The notes under the pieces are model-generated. The model searched no databases. It was not told where the DNA came from and was given only the letters and a program-made list of their open reading frames with translations. From Eledone cirrhosa (taxonomy: Eukaryota): a DNA stretch of 64,000 bases. How positions within the stretch are numbered: position 1 is the stretch's first letter; the number at the start of each line of letters is the position of its first letter. Made by a program: the position numbers and the translations under genes. Of the stretch, positions 36,945 to 57,451 are shown one piece after another. The stretch spans positions 175,832,001 to 175,896,000 of the forward strand of contig OZ024743.1 in assembly GCA_964016885.1 (NCBI GenBank). Reading direction: 5' to 3'.

Positions 36945-37405
36945 TATGTAAGTATGTATGTATACGTACATACATATATGTATACAGAGTACAGTAGCAT
37001 GCATATATATATATACACATATATACATACAGATACGCATACATATATGCACGTATCAGTTTAGCGGACGCTTATTATAACGCCGCTTTGTTCGTTTGTA
37101 AACAAACTGAACAGCCTGAATTTATGCCATACGGTGTTAAGGCAACCACGTCACCTTTTTGTTCAACACTAACACAGGAACGATGTACTAGTTTTAAGCT
37201 TGTTAGCTATCATCAGCACCGTATACCCATCTGCCAGATAGTTGAACGTTCGAAAGTATATACTTTCCTTATGAAAATTAACGGCTGCGCAGCCTAATTT
37301 GCATATTGAGTGAGTTAAATCGGTCAGGCATACCGAAAACGATAAGTTGAAATAAAATACTAAGAGTGAGAAATGAAATTTCGTTTTCATTTTATTTCAA
37401 CTTAT
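36945..37405 (-). mobile_element. Retrozyme-like family A monomer with short inverted end; HHR 37181-37221 has G12 to A
   Basis: Matches 27365-27800; octamer 37297-37304; 37358-37405 inverted. Confidence 0.85.
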
Positions 37406-37543
37406 ATACATATGTATATATATATATACATATATGTATATTTATATATATATATATCCATACATATATGTATATATATATATGTATACATATATATATA
37501 TATACATGCATATATGTATATATATATATATACACATAAATAT

Positions 37544-37577
<34 letters not shown>

Positions 37578-37636
37578 GTGTGTGTATATATGAATGTATA
37601 TGTGTGTGTGTGTGTATATGAATGTATGTACGTATA

Positions 37637-37674
<38 letters not shown>

Positions 37675-37690
37675 TGTATATATATGTGTT

Positions 37691-38552
<862 letters not shown>

Positions 38553-38556
<4 letters not shown>

Positions 38557-38668
38557 TTGAAATAAAATGAAAACGAAATTTCATTTCTCACTCTTAGTAC
38601 GGCACTTACTTAAATGTAAGTATGTGTGTATACGTCCATACATATATGTATACAGACGTACAGTAGCA

Positions 38669-38751
<83 letters not shown>

Positions 38752-39180
38752 AGGTACACATACATATATGCACGTATCAGTTTAGCGGACGCTTATTATA
38801 ACGCCGTTTTGTTCGTTTGTAAACAAACTGAACAGCCTGAATTTTATGCCGTACGGTGTTAAGGCAACCACGTCACCTTTTTGTTCAACACTGACACAGG
38901 AACGATGTACTAGTTTCCAGCTTGTTAGCTATCATCAGCACCGTATACCCTTCTGCCAGATAGTTGAACGTTCGAAAGTATATATTTTCCTTATGAAAAT
39001 TAACGGCTGAGCAGCTTAATTTGCATATCGAGTGAGTCAAGTCGGTCAGGCATACCGAAAACGATAAGTTGATATAAAATGAAAACGAAATTTCATTTCT
39101 CACTATTAGTACGGCACTTACTTAAATGTAAGTATGTGTGTATACGTACATACGTATATGTATACAGACGTACAGTAGCA

Positions 39181-39218
<38 letters not shown>

Positions 39219-39307
39219 CAGGTACACATACATATATGCACGTATCAGTTTAGCGGACGCTTATTATAACGCCGCTTTGTTCGTTTGTAAACAAACTGAA
39301 CAGCCTG
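38553..39307 (-). mobile_element. Retrozyme-like family A, about 1.5 tandem monomers; HHR 38903-38943
   Basis: Matches the 27365-28622 unit; octamer 39019-39026. Confidence 0.85.
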
Positions 39308-39391
39308 ATACTTACATATATATATATATATATATATGTCAAGTCAGAATATTTTCGAAACAGCAGGCGGGTTTGAAATTATTATAGATGT

Positions 39392-39599
39392 AAGCTATCG
39401 CCGTATTTTGACTAAAGAAATGAAAGAAATTATTTAGCCTGATAGTGGGGTTAAGAACCCTCGGAGAAATGGAAAAAGATGAGTATTGACGTACATGTAC
39501 GTCAATACTCATCTTTTTCCATTTCTCCGAGGGTTCTTAACCCCACTATCATGCTAAATAATTTCTTTCATTTCTTTAGTCAAAATACGGCGATAGCTT
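39392..39599. repeat. ~208 bp near-perfect palindrome, family G
   Basis: Centre GACGTACATGTACGTC at 39495/39496; second copy at 47972-48147. Confidence 0.9.
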
Positions 39600-40692
<1,093 letters not shown>

Positions 40693-41062
40693 CACTTATT
40701 AATAACACACTTTTCTTTATACATACAGAGGTGAATGATGCCCCGTTACGTTCGAATATCACACCCTTGAGAGAGAAAAAATATCATTTCTCATAAAAAG
40801 TATAGAAAGAATAATAGAAATTGAATGAACAAATACTGTATAGATGAAGAAAGGGAATGGGATGGTAAAGTAACAATCTAGTAGACATAGGTTTAAAGGT
40901 CAACAACAAAGAGACGGAAGAGAAAAATAGGAAAGAATTCCCTGAGCAGTATAAAGAAAAAAAAAAAAATCCCCAGAAATTGATTTGCAATAAATGCCGT
41001 GGAATTGTATCAGTGACCCGGTCATTGATGTGGGATAAACGTTTTTAATATTTCAATATATA

Positions 41063-41760
41063 GAGTGGTAGATTGGCAGTAATCGGTGGAGCGTCGGACA
41101 ACATGTTTTATGGCATAGAATTACAACCCTTTATGATCTGAGTTGAAATCCCACGGGGGTTACTTTTCCTTTCATCCTTACGGGGATCAATAAAATAAAG
41201 TACCAGTAACGGACTGGGGTCGTTTAATCGACTTCTATAAAAATGCTGGTCTTGTGCCTATATAAGAAACCATTATTTTAATATCCAGTAATGCACTGGG
41301 TAATTGCTGGCCTTGTGCCAAAAGTAGAAATAATTATTTTAATATAGGATCATTGTGAATTGGCAGTATCAGTAGAGGGTCGGACGCTATGTTTTCCAGC
41401 ATAGTTACGTTCCCTTACGGTCTGAGTTCAAATCCCGTCGAGGTTAACTTTGCCTTTCATCCTTACGGGGTCGATAAAATAAAGTACCAGTAATGTACTG
41501 GCTAATTGTGGCCTTGTGCCAAAAGTAGAAACAATTATTTTAATATAGTAGAGTGGTAGATTATTAGAATCTATTGAGCGTCGGATAAAATACCATTGCG
41601 GTAATCCTTCCAGCACTTTATATTCTGAATTCAAATACTTTGCCTTTCATCCTTTAGGGTCCAATAAAATAAAATTCCTGTGAAGTTCTGGGGTTGAATT
41701 TTCTCAACTTTGCCCTTCCCTCACATTTTTCTAGCTATGAACCTATATTAGAAATCAATT
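41063..41760 (+). mobile_element. Cluster of three to four head-to-tail SINE copies
   Basis: Same SINE motifs repeated at ~41063, ~41355 and ~41550. Confidence 0.82.
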
Positions 41761-44100
41761 TTATAAATCAATATTTCGATGTATGAAAAGCGATTATAAC
41801 AATTTTAGTGCGTTCTTCTATAAATAAAAAAGCTTTCTTTCACGATATAATTATTTTAGTTTTAAAGAGGCAGTCTCACATCACATTATTTGCATAATTG
41901 AAATTGGAATGTTTTTTTCATTTTTTATTTATTTTCTTTTTTCTATTGTTTTTCTTTTTGAATGAATTATTCTGGAAGACTGATCTATTCCCATGGCCAG
42001 CACAGATCTAGCGAAAGCAGTTATATTTCTTGTTATGTGGTCCCAGGTTAGCTCTGAAGGAATAGATATTTGATGTGTTATAAATCGTCTGAATGACTAA
42101 ATGTAACTAACTTTTCTATTTTAAGCTGATGTTTGGGACATAACATAACTAAGATTCTTACATAAAATTATGATGAAGAGCTTTTACGATAGATATAAGC
42201 ACTTTACAACGAACAGTTTTGCATCATAGAACTAAGAACCAGTTTTGAGCGGCTTGGTATCAAATGGTTAAATATGATAACGAATGATTTGAAAGAGATT
42301 TAGAAGTTATTTTCTATTTATGAAGCTGTGTATCCGTGTAGGTGCTTCAATGTTAATCCGATTACATAATTGTAATATTTAATTTCACTTACATGAATTG
42401 TGGCACCGTTTATCATGGTATCATTTCATGTGACATCACAAGTATTTGGCCTCTCTACGTGTGTTATCACAGTATCACTCCATGTGTTCAGGGCCGGAAT
42501 AAATGGGGGGGGGGGCAAAGGTATTTTAAACCTGACAGATCACATCTCCCTCCAGATGGCGACAGCCGATTTCTCCCGGAGAAAGAGAGAAAGAGAGAAA
42601 GAGAGAGAGAAGAATCAACCCTAGTATTGGATTGGGTATTTGATCGAACTAAAAAAGGCAGATTTGACCGCGTTGTTATTTGAAAATAGAACACAGAGAA
42701 TCAAAAGAAATACCGAAGGAAGCCGACGTCGCTAACAACTTTGTTAATTCGCCACCTTAAGCCATGATACCAGAGGGTGTTACATTATAATAACACATGC
42801 AGGTTTGTATTTATACTTTGGGATGCCGGAACACTTCAGGTTTCGTGGGGTTCCCTATACACAAACAATTAGAATACACAGCAACCCCCACTCCCAATTT
42901 TACATATCAAAGTTAGCTTGGCGCAAGTAGTTGGAATTGAAAAGTTATACATACAGGTATTAAATTCAAAAAATCTAACCATCCTAAAACTAAAAAGCCC
43001 AGCTGAGGGCACAAATAAATTGCTACTGCCGTCGTTAGGTATTGAAGTGAGTAATATAAATATTTGTCTACAGAAGTAAATGTTTATTGGTATTTAGATA
43101 CACTCTGCTACGTTCCAAATTTAAATATTCCCAAGGTCAACGTTATCTTTCGTCTCTTTAGCACCAATAAAATGAATATCAATAATGTACTTTTATTGAT
43201 TCAAGCACATTTATTCTTCCTTTACAATCTGTACTGTTGGGTGTTTCGGTGGTGTATATATCTCTTGTGCTATTAACCATTTCTGTATTTTGTATGTAAA
43301 AAGTCAGATGTTTTGGCCTTTCAACCATTCAAATATGCATAGCAAACGAAAAAAAAAATAACGAAAGCTCCACACAGTCAGTTCAATAACATACCAGCTA
43401 TGTTCTGTGAACAAGATAATATTTTTGCTTCGAAGAACAACCAGTAATATCAACTACATCAGTCAATTTAGTTCATAAGGTTATTTTATCACATCCGTTG
43501 CCTTCATTTCGATTTGACGAAGGAGCGCGGCTGTCCGAAAAACGAGGACATCGAAGGATTAACAGCAACCAGCACGAAATGGAATCCGTCCGTTAATGAG
43601 ATTATTTATTAGAGAGTTTTATATCGATTTAGTGTGTACGTACATAAAGATTTGTTTTTAGTTTTTCTGTGTTCTTAAATGATAGATTGATAGATTCTAA
43701 AATATCATATTACAGTAGCATATTTCATTGGTTAATATCTCAAATTATGACTATATCATTTCTTAATTTATTTTTTGTAACATATTTGGCAAGTCAAGAA
43801 AATTTCAAATATATTTCATATCATCTTTTAAAAATACCATCCCACTTTTTAAGAAGTGACAGCAATTTAGAATCAATATCGTATTTCATTTCATTCGAAA
43901 TCTTCTTATAATGGTATGAATGAATGAATTGATATGAATGTGTAGTAGTTATGGTGTTGGAATTATCATCCTAATCTCATGGGTTCGACATTTAGACCAG
44001 ATGAGGCGTTGTTTTCTTGAGTAAAATACTTCATATCACATTACTCTAGCATCCAGATAAAAATGAGTACCAGCAGTAGCTGCAGATTAACCCCTGCAAT

Positions 44101-44247
<147 letters not shown>

Positions 44248-44267
44248 CAAACACATATGTGTATAGG

Positions 44268-44720
44268 TATGCATACTTACATTTATGTATCAGCTGTGCT
44301 AGGGCGAGACATGATATTCTAATTTCATTTTTACTTTTCGGCAAGGTCAGCCGTAACTCGCTCGGTATGCAAATGAGGCTACTCAGCCGATGTGTACCGA
44401 AGAAAATACTATATATTTTCAACCGTTCAACAGATTGGTAGAGATATACAGTTCTGATGAAGGGTAATAGCCTAGAAACATGTTGATTGTTCCTCAGTGC
44501 CAGTGTTGAACAAATGGATGACGATTTGTCATCGGCACGGCACAGGTTTAATCAGGTCGTTTGTTTACAAACGGATCGAATATAATGTTCGATATAACCC
44601 ATACGTACATATGTATATGTATATGTGTGTCTGTGTATATATATATATATATATATGTGCACGTATGCATACTTACATTTATGTAACAGCTATGACAGGG
44701 CGTGGAATAAAATTGTAATT
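44268..44720 (+). mobile_element. Retrozyme-like subfamily B, ~395 bp monomer with terminal direct repeat; HHR 44449-44489
   Basis: gtatgcatacttacatttatgta at 44268 and 44664; octamer 44367-44374; cagtt CTGATGA AGG gtaatag CCT a GAAA C at G TT gattg; colinear with family A. Confidence 0.8.
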
Positions 44721-44994
44721 TTATATATATATATATATTAATTCCTATATATGGTCTGTGAGTTTGCAAAGCTGCGATGATTGGAAATCTACAAATTGGA
44801 TTTAAATCTGAACTGCCTTAAGCAATCTGGATGTGGACAGAATTATATAAGAACTTTAAATATCTAATGCCTTATATATCGCTAGATATGCAAGATACAC
44901 ATTCATATATCGAAAATCGATCGACTTCCGTCAAATCGGACCGAGGAAACAATGTTTCCATTGGTCTTTCCAATTGCTAATACTATCTATCGGT

Positions 44995-45998
<1,004 letters not shown>

Positions 45999-46002
<4 letters not shown>

Positions 46003-46505
46003 AAGACTAAAATTCAAAGAGGGCTCGATAAGGATAAATATTTATCAGATATATAAGAACCGTAGAGCAAATATTTATTAAAATAACAGATTAAAGTTTA
46101 AGCAAAGAATCGCTGCTTTCACCCTTAACGGGTTCTTCTGAAACCAAAAAAGTCAATCTGTGAACGCAGAAGTAACTAATTCAAAAAACGTTGCAACCGA
46201 AGGAAGACAGGAAGACGATACGTTGGTTCGTGGAAACGTTCCCTGGCAAAGAACGGAAAAAACGAAGATAATACGTCATTATTTGGTGCAGTGAAAACAA
46301 TTACACGCGAAGACAAAACTACGTTTATGGTATAAATGAAGTCGTAGACTAATATTCTATGAGGTGGTTCATGGAGACGCTCTCTGGCAATGAACGAAAA
46401 AAAAAACGAAGATAATACGTCATTATATGGAGCAATGAGAACAATTACACGCAAAGACAAAACCACGTAAATGGTATAACTGAAGTCGTAGACTAAAATT
46501 CTATT
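45999..46505 (-). mobile_element. pLTR/3' UTR of a PLE-2 relative with ~150 bp internal tandem repeat; A4-variant HHR at 46096-46144
   Basis: 45999-46275 matches 15140-15415; ~46222-46355 repeats at ~46363-46503. Confidence 0.82.
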
Positions 46506-46614
46506 TAGGAAACCGAATGATTCTCGGCTTCAGAGTTATCCAGGAGATTCCAACCAGAATGGTTGCATTTTTAAGGGTATGTCAATATTTATTTATAAAA
46601 CTAACCTATATTAT

Positions 46615-46678
46615 ATTTTATCTGATGAAAGCGCACCATAGTTTACCTTGGTGGCCCTTGAAATATGTATAATGAAAT
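46615..46678 (+). ncRNA. Type I hammerhead ribozyme, family F
   Basis: attttat CTGATGA AAGcgCACCA tagtttacct TGGTGgccCTT GAAA T atgt A TA atgaaat. Confidence 0.78.
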
Positions 46679-46729
46679 AAATATGGTTTTATAAATATAG
46701 TTTCCATTTGTTAATATATTGTATATATA

Positions 46730-47737
46730 TCTGTATATATATAAAATTAAGTATGTGCGCGTGTGTGTGTGTCTGTGTGTCTGTGTATTACCTATATGGG
46801 CCTACATCTTACAACCGATTTTCATGAAACTTTACAGACCCATAGATTAGTCATCGGGAAGTGTTTTCTATATATCAGCGTATGGTTTTTTTTTTAATCC
46901 GGGGTCATTCTGCAGATAAAAATCGATAGGTATCGAAAAATAAGATTTTGGGCTCTAGCTCCCACATTTTGTCACCGATTTCCTTCAAATTTCAAAGCAA
47001 AATAGATATTTATCATTGCACATTCTGTAATGGCTTTATATTTTGCATTTGTTGTTTAAGGGTGGTGTGGCAGCTGCTTAAATATTCAAAAATACCACTT
47101 TTATACTAAAAATTCCGCTTTTTCGGCTCTATCTCCCACATGAATCAACCTACTTTGTTCAAATTTTACACTACGCTAGATCCGATTATTTCACGTCTTA
47201 AAGTGGCTTTACATTTTGGAATTTGTGTTCAGAAACGGCGTGGCAGCCGCTTAAATAGTCGAAAATACTACCTTTTCACTCAAATTTCCGCCTTTTCGGC
47301 TCTAGCTCCCACATTTTTCAACCGATTTCGTTCAAATTCGAAACTTCGGCTCCACCTCACACATAAATCAATTTATTTGGTTCAAATTTTATACTACGAT
47401 AGAACCTATCATTGCACATCTTATAGATGGTCAAAGGCAAAACGATGGCCACTGACGTCGTCTGAGCTTTCAGTTGTGTATTTGATAATCCATCGGTTTC
47501 CGATCAAGTAGCTTGATGAAATTTGGCTTAGTGTTAGAGGTCATTACCTCGCTCCCCCAGCATGCCCCTTCGTCAGTCATCCGCGTTTCTCAGTGATAGA
47601 GGTTATCACCACCCTGCCCCGCATGGCCTGTGTGTTGCCATAGATGAGTCATCGAGAAGCAGTCGCTAAGATCAACACCTTTTCATCAAAGCAGATATTA
47701 TTTTACCTACCCAGGCAACGGTGGGTACTGCTGCTAG
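46730..47737 (+). mobile_element. Non-autonomous Helitron
   Basis: A|TC start (tctgtatatatataaaa followed by a gtgtct microsatellite), internal repeats ggctcta(g/t)ctcccacat, subterminal hairpin acccaggcaacggtgggt, CTAG|T end at 47737. Confidence 0.75.
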
Positions 47738-47934
47738 TATATATATATATAGAGATGTGTGTGTGTGTGTGTAAATATCGATATATATAACTATTGGCTT
47801 GTTGATCAATAACCGTTTGATTCAAATAAAGTGTTAAAGATCCCAAGCTGGTTAATTGTTTAATATCTTGCATAAAAATTATACAAAGACATATTCTCAA
47901 TTAAAAGAATGAAATATTACTAACATTTTATCAT

Positions 47935-47971
<37 letters not shown>

Positions 47972-47975
<4 letters not shown>

Positions 47976-48147
47976 CGTATTTTTGACTAAAGGAATTTTA
48001 GCCTGATAATGGGATTTAGAACCCTCAGATAAATGGAAAAAGATGTGTATTGACGTACATGTACGTCAATACTCATCTTTTTCCATTTATCTGAGGGTTC
48101 TAAATCCCATTATCAGGCTAAAATTCTTTTAGTCAAAAATACGGTGA
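47972..48147. repeat. ~176 bp near-perfect palindrome, family G
   Basis: Centre GACGTACATGTACGTC at 48059/48060; the unique flank 48148-48205 resembles the reverse complement of 39340-39395. Confidence 0.9.
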
Positions 48148-48371
48148 AAGCTATTCTATTTTCTAATTTAAAACCTGCTCACTGTTTCAAAACATACTTA
48201 CTTGCAATATATATATATATATTTTTTTAGTATATGTTGGTTGTATACCAACACCTCAGTATGCAGATTGGAGCACTCGACGAAGTGCGCAGGTTGGTTT
48301 GGTTACTCCGGAGTAATGTAAAATAAACTAAAATAAATAAGTCAAATATTTAAAATTTGGCTTCGTTTATT

Positions 48372-48426
48372 ACTGCTATATATATTTCGGTGACAGCCAT
48401 CTTAGGCTGTGACCTCGTCAGGCAGT
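48372..48426 (-). ncRNA. Type I hammerhead ribozyme in the PLE-5 pLTR
   Basis: actgc CTGACGA GGTcACAGCC taagat GGCTGTcACC GAAA T atat A TA gcagt; the mirror copy 51420-51473 has a damaged core (CTGAAA). Confidence 0.85.
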
Positions 48427-49432
48427 CCGAATTAGTGTGATAGAGACGAGTATACATGTTGTTGAGGTGTTTAACTGGTTGGGTTGTTGTTTCACCGAGG
48501 AACTGGAATCATATGAATTTAAACAAACGAATTTCAGCGTCAAAGGACATCTTCTGCTCCTATTGGTCAGTTGTGAGAACATTCTTCAGTCAAAAGTCTA
48601 TAGAAATTCGTTCTGAGGCGAGACAATCTGTAGTGGTTGTTCTTGTTATTGTTAAGTACATCTGACCGCTACTCTTATGTTGGTAGTGGTGTTCGTGTTG
48701 GAGTCAGCTGAAAAAAATGATAAATTGGTAGAAGGAATAAGATGGTAAAAGAATAAAATAAGATAAGATAATCAAATAAAATGTGTGTGTGTGTTATAAC
48801 CAATCTCAAAGTTAGAAAGATTTGTAATGTCACTCCTCCCATTGGTCAGTTCTGAGAGCATTCCTCAGTCAAAAGTCTATAGAAATTTTTTCTGAGGTAA
48901 GGCTACCTGTAGTGTTTGTTTTTGCTATTGATAAGTACATCTGACTTCTACCCTTATTTTGGTAATGGTGTTGGTGATGCGGTAAGTCTAGTTCTTGCTG
49001 CTCCTGACATTAAGAAGTATCTGTGTGTGTTTATTCATCCAAACTGCCACCATTTCTGGTTTTTTGTGGTGGTGGGGAAGGGGGGGGGGGGGTTGTGTCA
49101 CGTATATGAAGAAATAGAAGGCAATAAAGTGAAGAAAATAGAAAATAAATGAAAAATAAAGAAATGAAGATTCAAATAAAATAAAATGTGTGTGTTATAA
49201 CCAATCTCAAAGTTAGAAAGATGTTGTCCAAATTAGAAAGGCTGTGTCAGAATCAATCTCTAGGCTATCATGGTGTCTGCCCAGCCTGGGTGGGTCACTA
49301 TGGCTTGAGGGGAGTTCCCAACCTATGGTGTTGTTACTGCCCATATAGCTTGAGGGAGGTCCGGCCAAGAGGTGTCTAGATGTTCTGGAGAAGTCCCTAT
49401 AGCTTGAGAGGAGTTCACATCTCAGTGTGTTG

Positions 49433-49940
49433 TTACTGTCCATATAGCTTGAGGAAGGCCCCGGCCCTGAGGTGTCTGCATGTCCCGAAGAAGTCGGTTC
49501 TGAGGTTTATCAGGCGGCTTCCACCTCTTAGTATCTCGAGGGTCTCGCTCAGACATAGTTTGCATATGCCAGATCCCCCTTTATCGGGTGGTACTTTCCT
49601 GATTATGGACCAGGCCAAAGAGTATGGGGTCCTGTCCAGCTTAAGCTTCCAGATCAGCTCGGAAAGAGCCGTACTTTTCCTTTTGGCCTCCTTATTGAAG
49701 GAATGGCGATGGTTATACCAACGGTCTTTAAAGCTCGTTGATGTGGCTCCTATGAAGAGGTGTTCGTAGTTGGGGGTTTTAACCCTACATCCGTATATTA
49801 GGTTCTTCCTAAGGCATTCATTACTAAGGGGGAATGATTCGGGGTTTCTGCAGTTGCAGAGGGTGGTCGACCTCTGCGTGCCTAGTGTTGGGTTCCCGTT
49901 TCGTGTTACATGGTGGTCTTCCCCCGGTTTCCCAGCGCGG
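49433..49940 (-). pseudogene. GIY-YIG endonuclease domain fragment of PLE-5
   Basis: CNC linker, LIY..FIG, RWYNH, LSELIWKLK, CKLCLSE, CRH. Confidence 0.85.
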
Positions 49941-51550
49941 GCAACAACCACCCCACAGATTCGGGCCGTGTAGATAGCAAAACGCATAGTGCCCAAAGAG
50001 GAAGCAACAATGCGGGAACCAGCAGCAACCAAACAACTCTCCAACAACTCACGACGCCCTCAACCCAGCCATATAGGAGTAGACGCAGACAAATCACGTG
50101 GTACAACCCACCCTACTCAGCGGCCCTAAAGAACAGCTTGCCCCGATCATTCTTTGGAGCACTTGATAAATGCTTTCCGAGGGACCATAGATACCATAAG
50201 ATCTTCAACAGACACACTGTGAAGCTCTCGCATTCCACCACGAGAAATCTGGCCCAACACATAGCTAGCATAAACAGGAGTAGGCTTAAAAACCACACAT
50301 GTGGAAGGAGAGAAGGGGGGACCCAGTGCCCACCCAAGAAACTCAAACAGACCCAGGGACTCCCCACCAGGCCCGGGGGAAGACCACCATGTAACACCTA
50401 ACGGGAACCCCACACTAGGCACGCAGAGGTCGACCACCCTCTATAGACTTTTGATTGAGGAATGCTCTCACAACTGACCAATGGGAGGAGTGACCTTACA
50501 AATCTTTCTAACTCTGAGATTGGTTATAACACACACACACTTTACTTGATTATCTTATTTTATTTTATTCTTTTACCATCTTATTCCTTCTACCCCTTTA
50601 TGCAACATCTTTCTAACTTTGAGATTGGTTATAAAACATACACATTTTATTTAAATCTTCATTTTTATTTTTCATTTATTTTCTAATTTCTTTATGTTAT
50701 TGCCTTCTATTTCTTCATATGCATTCCCCTCCCCCTCCCACCACCACCACCACCACCACCACGAGAAATGGTGGCAGGATGGATGAAAAAATACACACAG
50801 ATACTTCGAAATGTCAGCAGCAGCAAGACCTAGGCTGACCGCAGCACCAACACCACTACCAAAATAAAGGTAGATGTCAGATGTACTTAACAATAGTAAA
50901 AACAAACACTACAGGTAGCCTCACCCCAGAAAGAATTTCTATAGACTTTTGACTGAGGATTGCTCTCAGAACTGACCAATGGGAGGAGTGACCTTACAAA
51001 TCTTTCTAACTTTGAGATTGGTTTTAACACACACATTTTATTTGATTATCTTATTTTATTTTATTTTTTTACCATCTTATTCCTTCTACCACTTTATCAT
51101 TTTTTTTAGCTAACTCCAACACCAACACCACTACCAACATAAGAGTAGTGGTCAGATGTACTTAACAATAACAAGAACAACCACTACAGATTGCCTCGAC
51201 TCACAACTAATTTCTATAGACTTTTGACTGAGGAATGTTCTCACAACTGACTAATGGGAGGAGAAGATGTCCTTTGACGCTGAAATTCGTTTGTTTAAAT
51301 TCATATGATTCCAGTTCCTCAGTGAAATAACAACCCAACCAGGAACTGGGCATATCAGAGTATTGACAAAGTTAAACACCTCAACAACATGCGTACTCGT
51401 CTCTACCACACTAATTCGGACTGCCTGAAAGGTCACAGCCAAAGATGGTTGTCACTGAAATATATATAGCAGTAATAAACGAAGGTAAATTTTAAATATT
51501 TGACTTATTTATTTTAGTTTATTTTCGTTTATTTTACATATATATATAGG

Positions 51551-52370
51551 CTCTATTGATTTTACCCTGGATTTCACAAAATTCTCTGGATAAATCTATA
51601 TCTTGATTTTTTTAAAATTGAGTTTGAATTATTTTCCCACATCTTACGTTAATTATTTTTCCATTTTGACGTTATAGTCACTTATATATTATGAAATACT
51701 GTTGGCTTCACGCTCACAATAATTTCTATACTTTCATTTATATTTATACTCGGAATTTTTTCCCAGAGTGCTTTAAATTATTTGTGACTAATCCCGGTCT
51801 TTTTTAAAAAAAACCGCGATAATATTAATATTTTGCTGAACTCCTTATATTTGTAGAGTTTTTTTTCGGAATGTTTTTTGACTGCTGTTTCCTGTAAACA
51901 GACATTCGTCTCATTCTGGCGTCACCAGCCATGTCTCTCCATGTGCGTTTATTTTCATAATTACGCATAGATGATCTAGCCTGCTTTTAAATTCCCTTTT
52001 TGGCATATTCTGGCAGTGGTTTAGGGTTATCGTGTTTGAGCTCTACTGATGAACGGTTCCAACCGTGACCATGCTCACTGAAAGTTTCGTGAAAAAGTCT
52101 TTTTAAGACTATATAGAGCATTTGTAGTTTTTCCAAATTAAAGGATGAGTATTTAAACTTTATTTTATTCAGAGTTGAGGATCTATTGATTTTTCCCTGG
52201 ATTTCAGAAAATTCTGTGGATAAATCTATATCTTGATTTTTTTAAATTGAGTTTGAATTATTTTCCCACATGTTACGTTAATTATTTTTCCATTTTGACG
52301 TTATAGTCACTTATATATTATGAAATACTGTTGGCTTCACGCTCACAATAATTTCTATACTTTCATTTAT
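51551..52370 (+). mobile_element. Non-coding element with ~190 bp terminal direct repeats and a decayed hammerhead-like core
   Basis: 51552-51743 repeats at 52182-52370; CTGATGA ACGGTT cc AACCGT GACC at ~52046-52070. Confidence 0.65.
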
Positions 52371-52392
52371 ATATATATATATATATATATAT

Positions 52393-55480
<3,088 letters not shown>

Positions 55481-56232
55481 TAACCTTCGTTTTGTGTAGA
55501 AACTTACACTTTTCATATATATGTATATATATATAGTTTATTTTATATATACACATTTTAGTACAGCATTAACGAAGCTTTAGTTTGTGGCCAAGCTAAC
55601 GAATGCAAATTCGGTATGTAGCTTTAGCACTCAGATGAGGATAGTACCCCAGAGTAATAACAATACGTTTAGACAGCATAGCAAATCAAATATAGCGATC
55701 GGCAGTCCAGCCGCATTACCACAGCAACGAAAATACAGGACTCATGAATAGATTTTAAACTGACCTGGACAGAACGCTGGGACTGAATGGAATATATAAT
55801 GCATAGCGTATAGCACACGATATACATCACATACAGCACACAACATCAGCGCTAGGTTTCTGCAAATCCAAGATCAACAAATTCTGCTTGCAGGGGTCTG
55901 CAAGTTAATGGTTTTTGGCGACAGAACAAAATATTAAGTTCTTCAGCAAGTCTTGTGTTCTTTAGCCTCTGCGGGTAAGTTCTAGCAGTGAATTTCGCTA
56001 TAGACACGTGGTTTTCTCCAAAGGAGGTAACCCCCGCTTTGGCGGTGGATTTAAATTTGTGACAAAGGAATGAAATTCCTTTAGACAAACCGAATTAAGC
56101 ACTCAACCAGAAGTTATCAAACAAACAAACAATTAATCAATCAATAGAAACATCTAATTAAATTAATCAGTTAATCGTTAATTCTAGGAGTTAAAATAGA
56201 ATATATATATATATATACTGCCAATCCACCGC

Positions 56233-56464
<232 letters not shown>

Positions 56465-56677
56465 GCGGTGGATTGGCAGTATCGGTAGAGGGTCGGACGC
56501 CAATTGTACATAACTGACGACATGCATTAGTGTAAGAACAATATATATATATGCAAACACTTTCCACTGATTGAGTGGACTTTCAACTTTGGATATTCAT
56601 TACCACACGACTCTCTCTCCCTTTATCCCTTTCCCTATCACCCTTTCTCTTTATATATATATATATGGGTGGTTGGT

Positions 56678-56749
<72 letters not shown>

Positions 56750-56754
56750 AGAGA

Positions 56755-56815
<61 letters not shown>

Positions 56816-57451
56816 AGAGAGTGTATGTGTCTGTGTGAGTGTGTTAATGCACATATGTCTGTTTCTCTGTACGTGTGTTTGTGTGAGCATGCGTGTGTTT
56901 CTGAAAGTGATGAAATAAGCGAGTAAAAGCAAGAAATAACAAACAAACAAAAATAAAAAAACACCTCCCTTCCTTCTATCATTCTCTTTAAGTCACGCAA
57001 CCGTTAATGGCCACCACTTCACTGAAGTAATGTCCAACGTTATATCTTCTAATGCTTGTTAATTCAACCAGCTAAGATATAAAAAATGTAAGAATGGAGG
57101 AAGAATATAGAAAAGAAAGAGAGAGTGAAGGAAAGAGAAGATAGAGAGAGAGAGGGGGAGAGAGAGAGTGAGTGAGAGAGAGAAAGAGAGTGTGTGTGTG
57201 TGCGTGTGTGTCATTCATTAGCATACCAGGTATCTTAAAGCATTGTCGTTTGGATTGCTTAAAATAGCAGCTAAATTTCACACAAATCATAATCTACCAT
57301 AATAAGTAATGACTCCGCGGAACAATATAGTTCTTAATCTACAAACTATATTATTTCATGTTGCCTTAATTTATGAATGTAGATTATGACTGGTATGAAA
57401 TTCAGCTGCTGTTTTAAGCAATGGAATAATATATTTCCTAATGTACAAAAG

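Larger units (their letters stand above)
48240..51540. mobile_element. Head-to-head inverted pair of 5'-truncated Naiad-type PLE 3' halves (PLE-5)
   Basis: ~48325-49215 is mirrored by ~50445-51520; left arm (minus) encodes CNCRNPESFP..NLIYGC..LFIG..FKDRWYNH..CKLC; right arm (plus) encodes ITWYNPPYS..IFNRHTVKLS. Confidence 0.85.

Noticed and set aside
42540-42850. Possible host promoter (ATTGG boxes, CCGGAA, ATGGCG)
   Set aside because: Short motifs only; no supported exon or ORF
55852-56088. 78 aa non-repetitive ORF
   Set aside because: No recognisable domain or splice-supported structure
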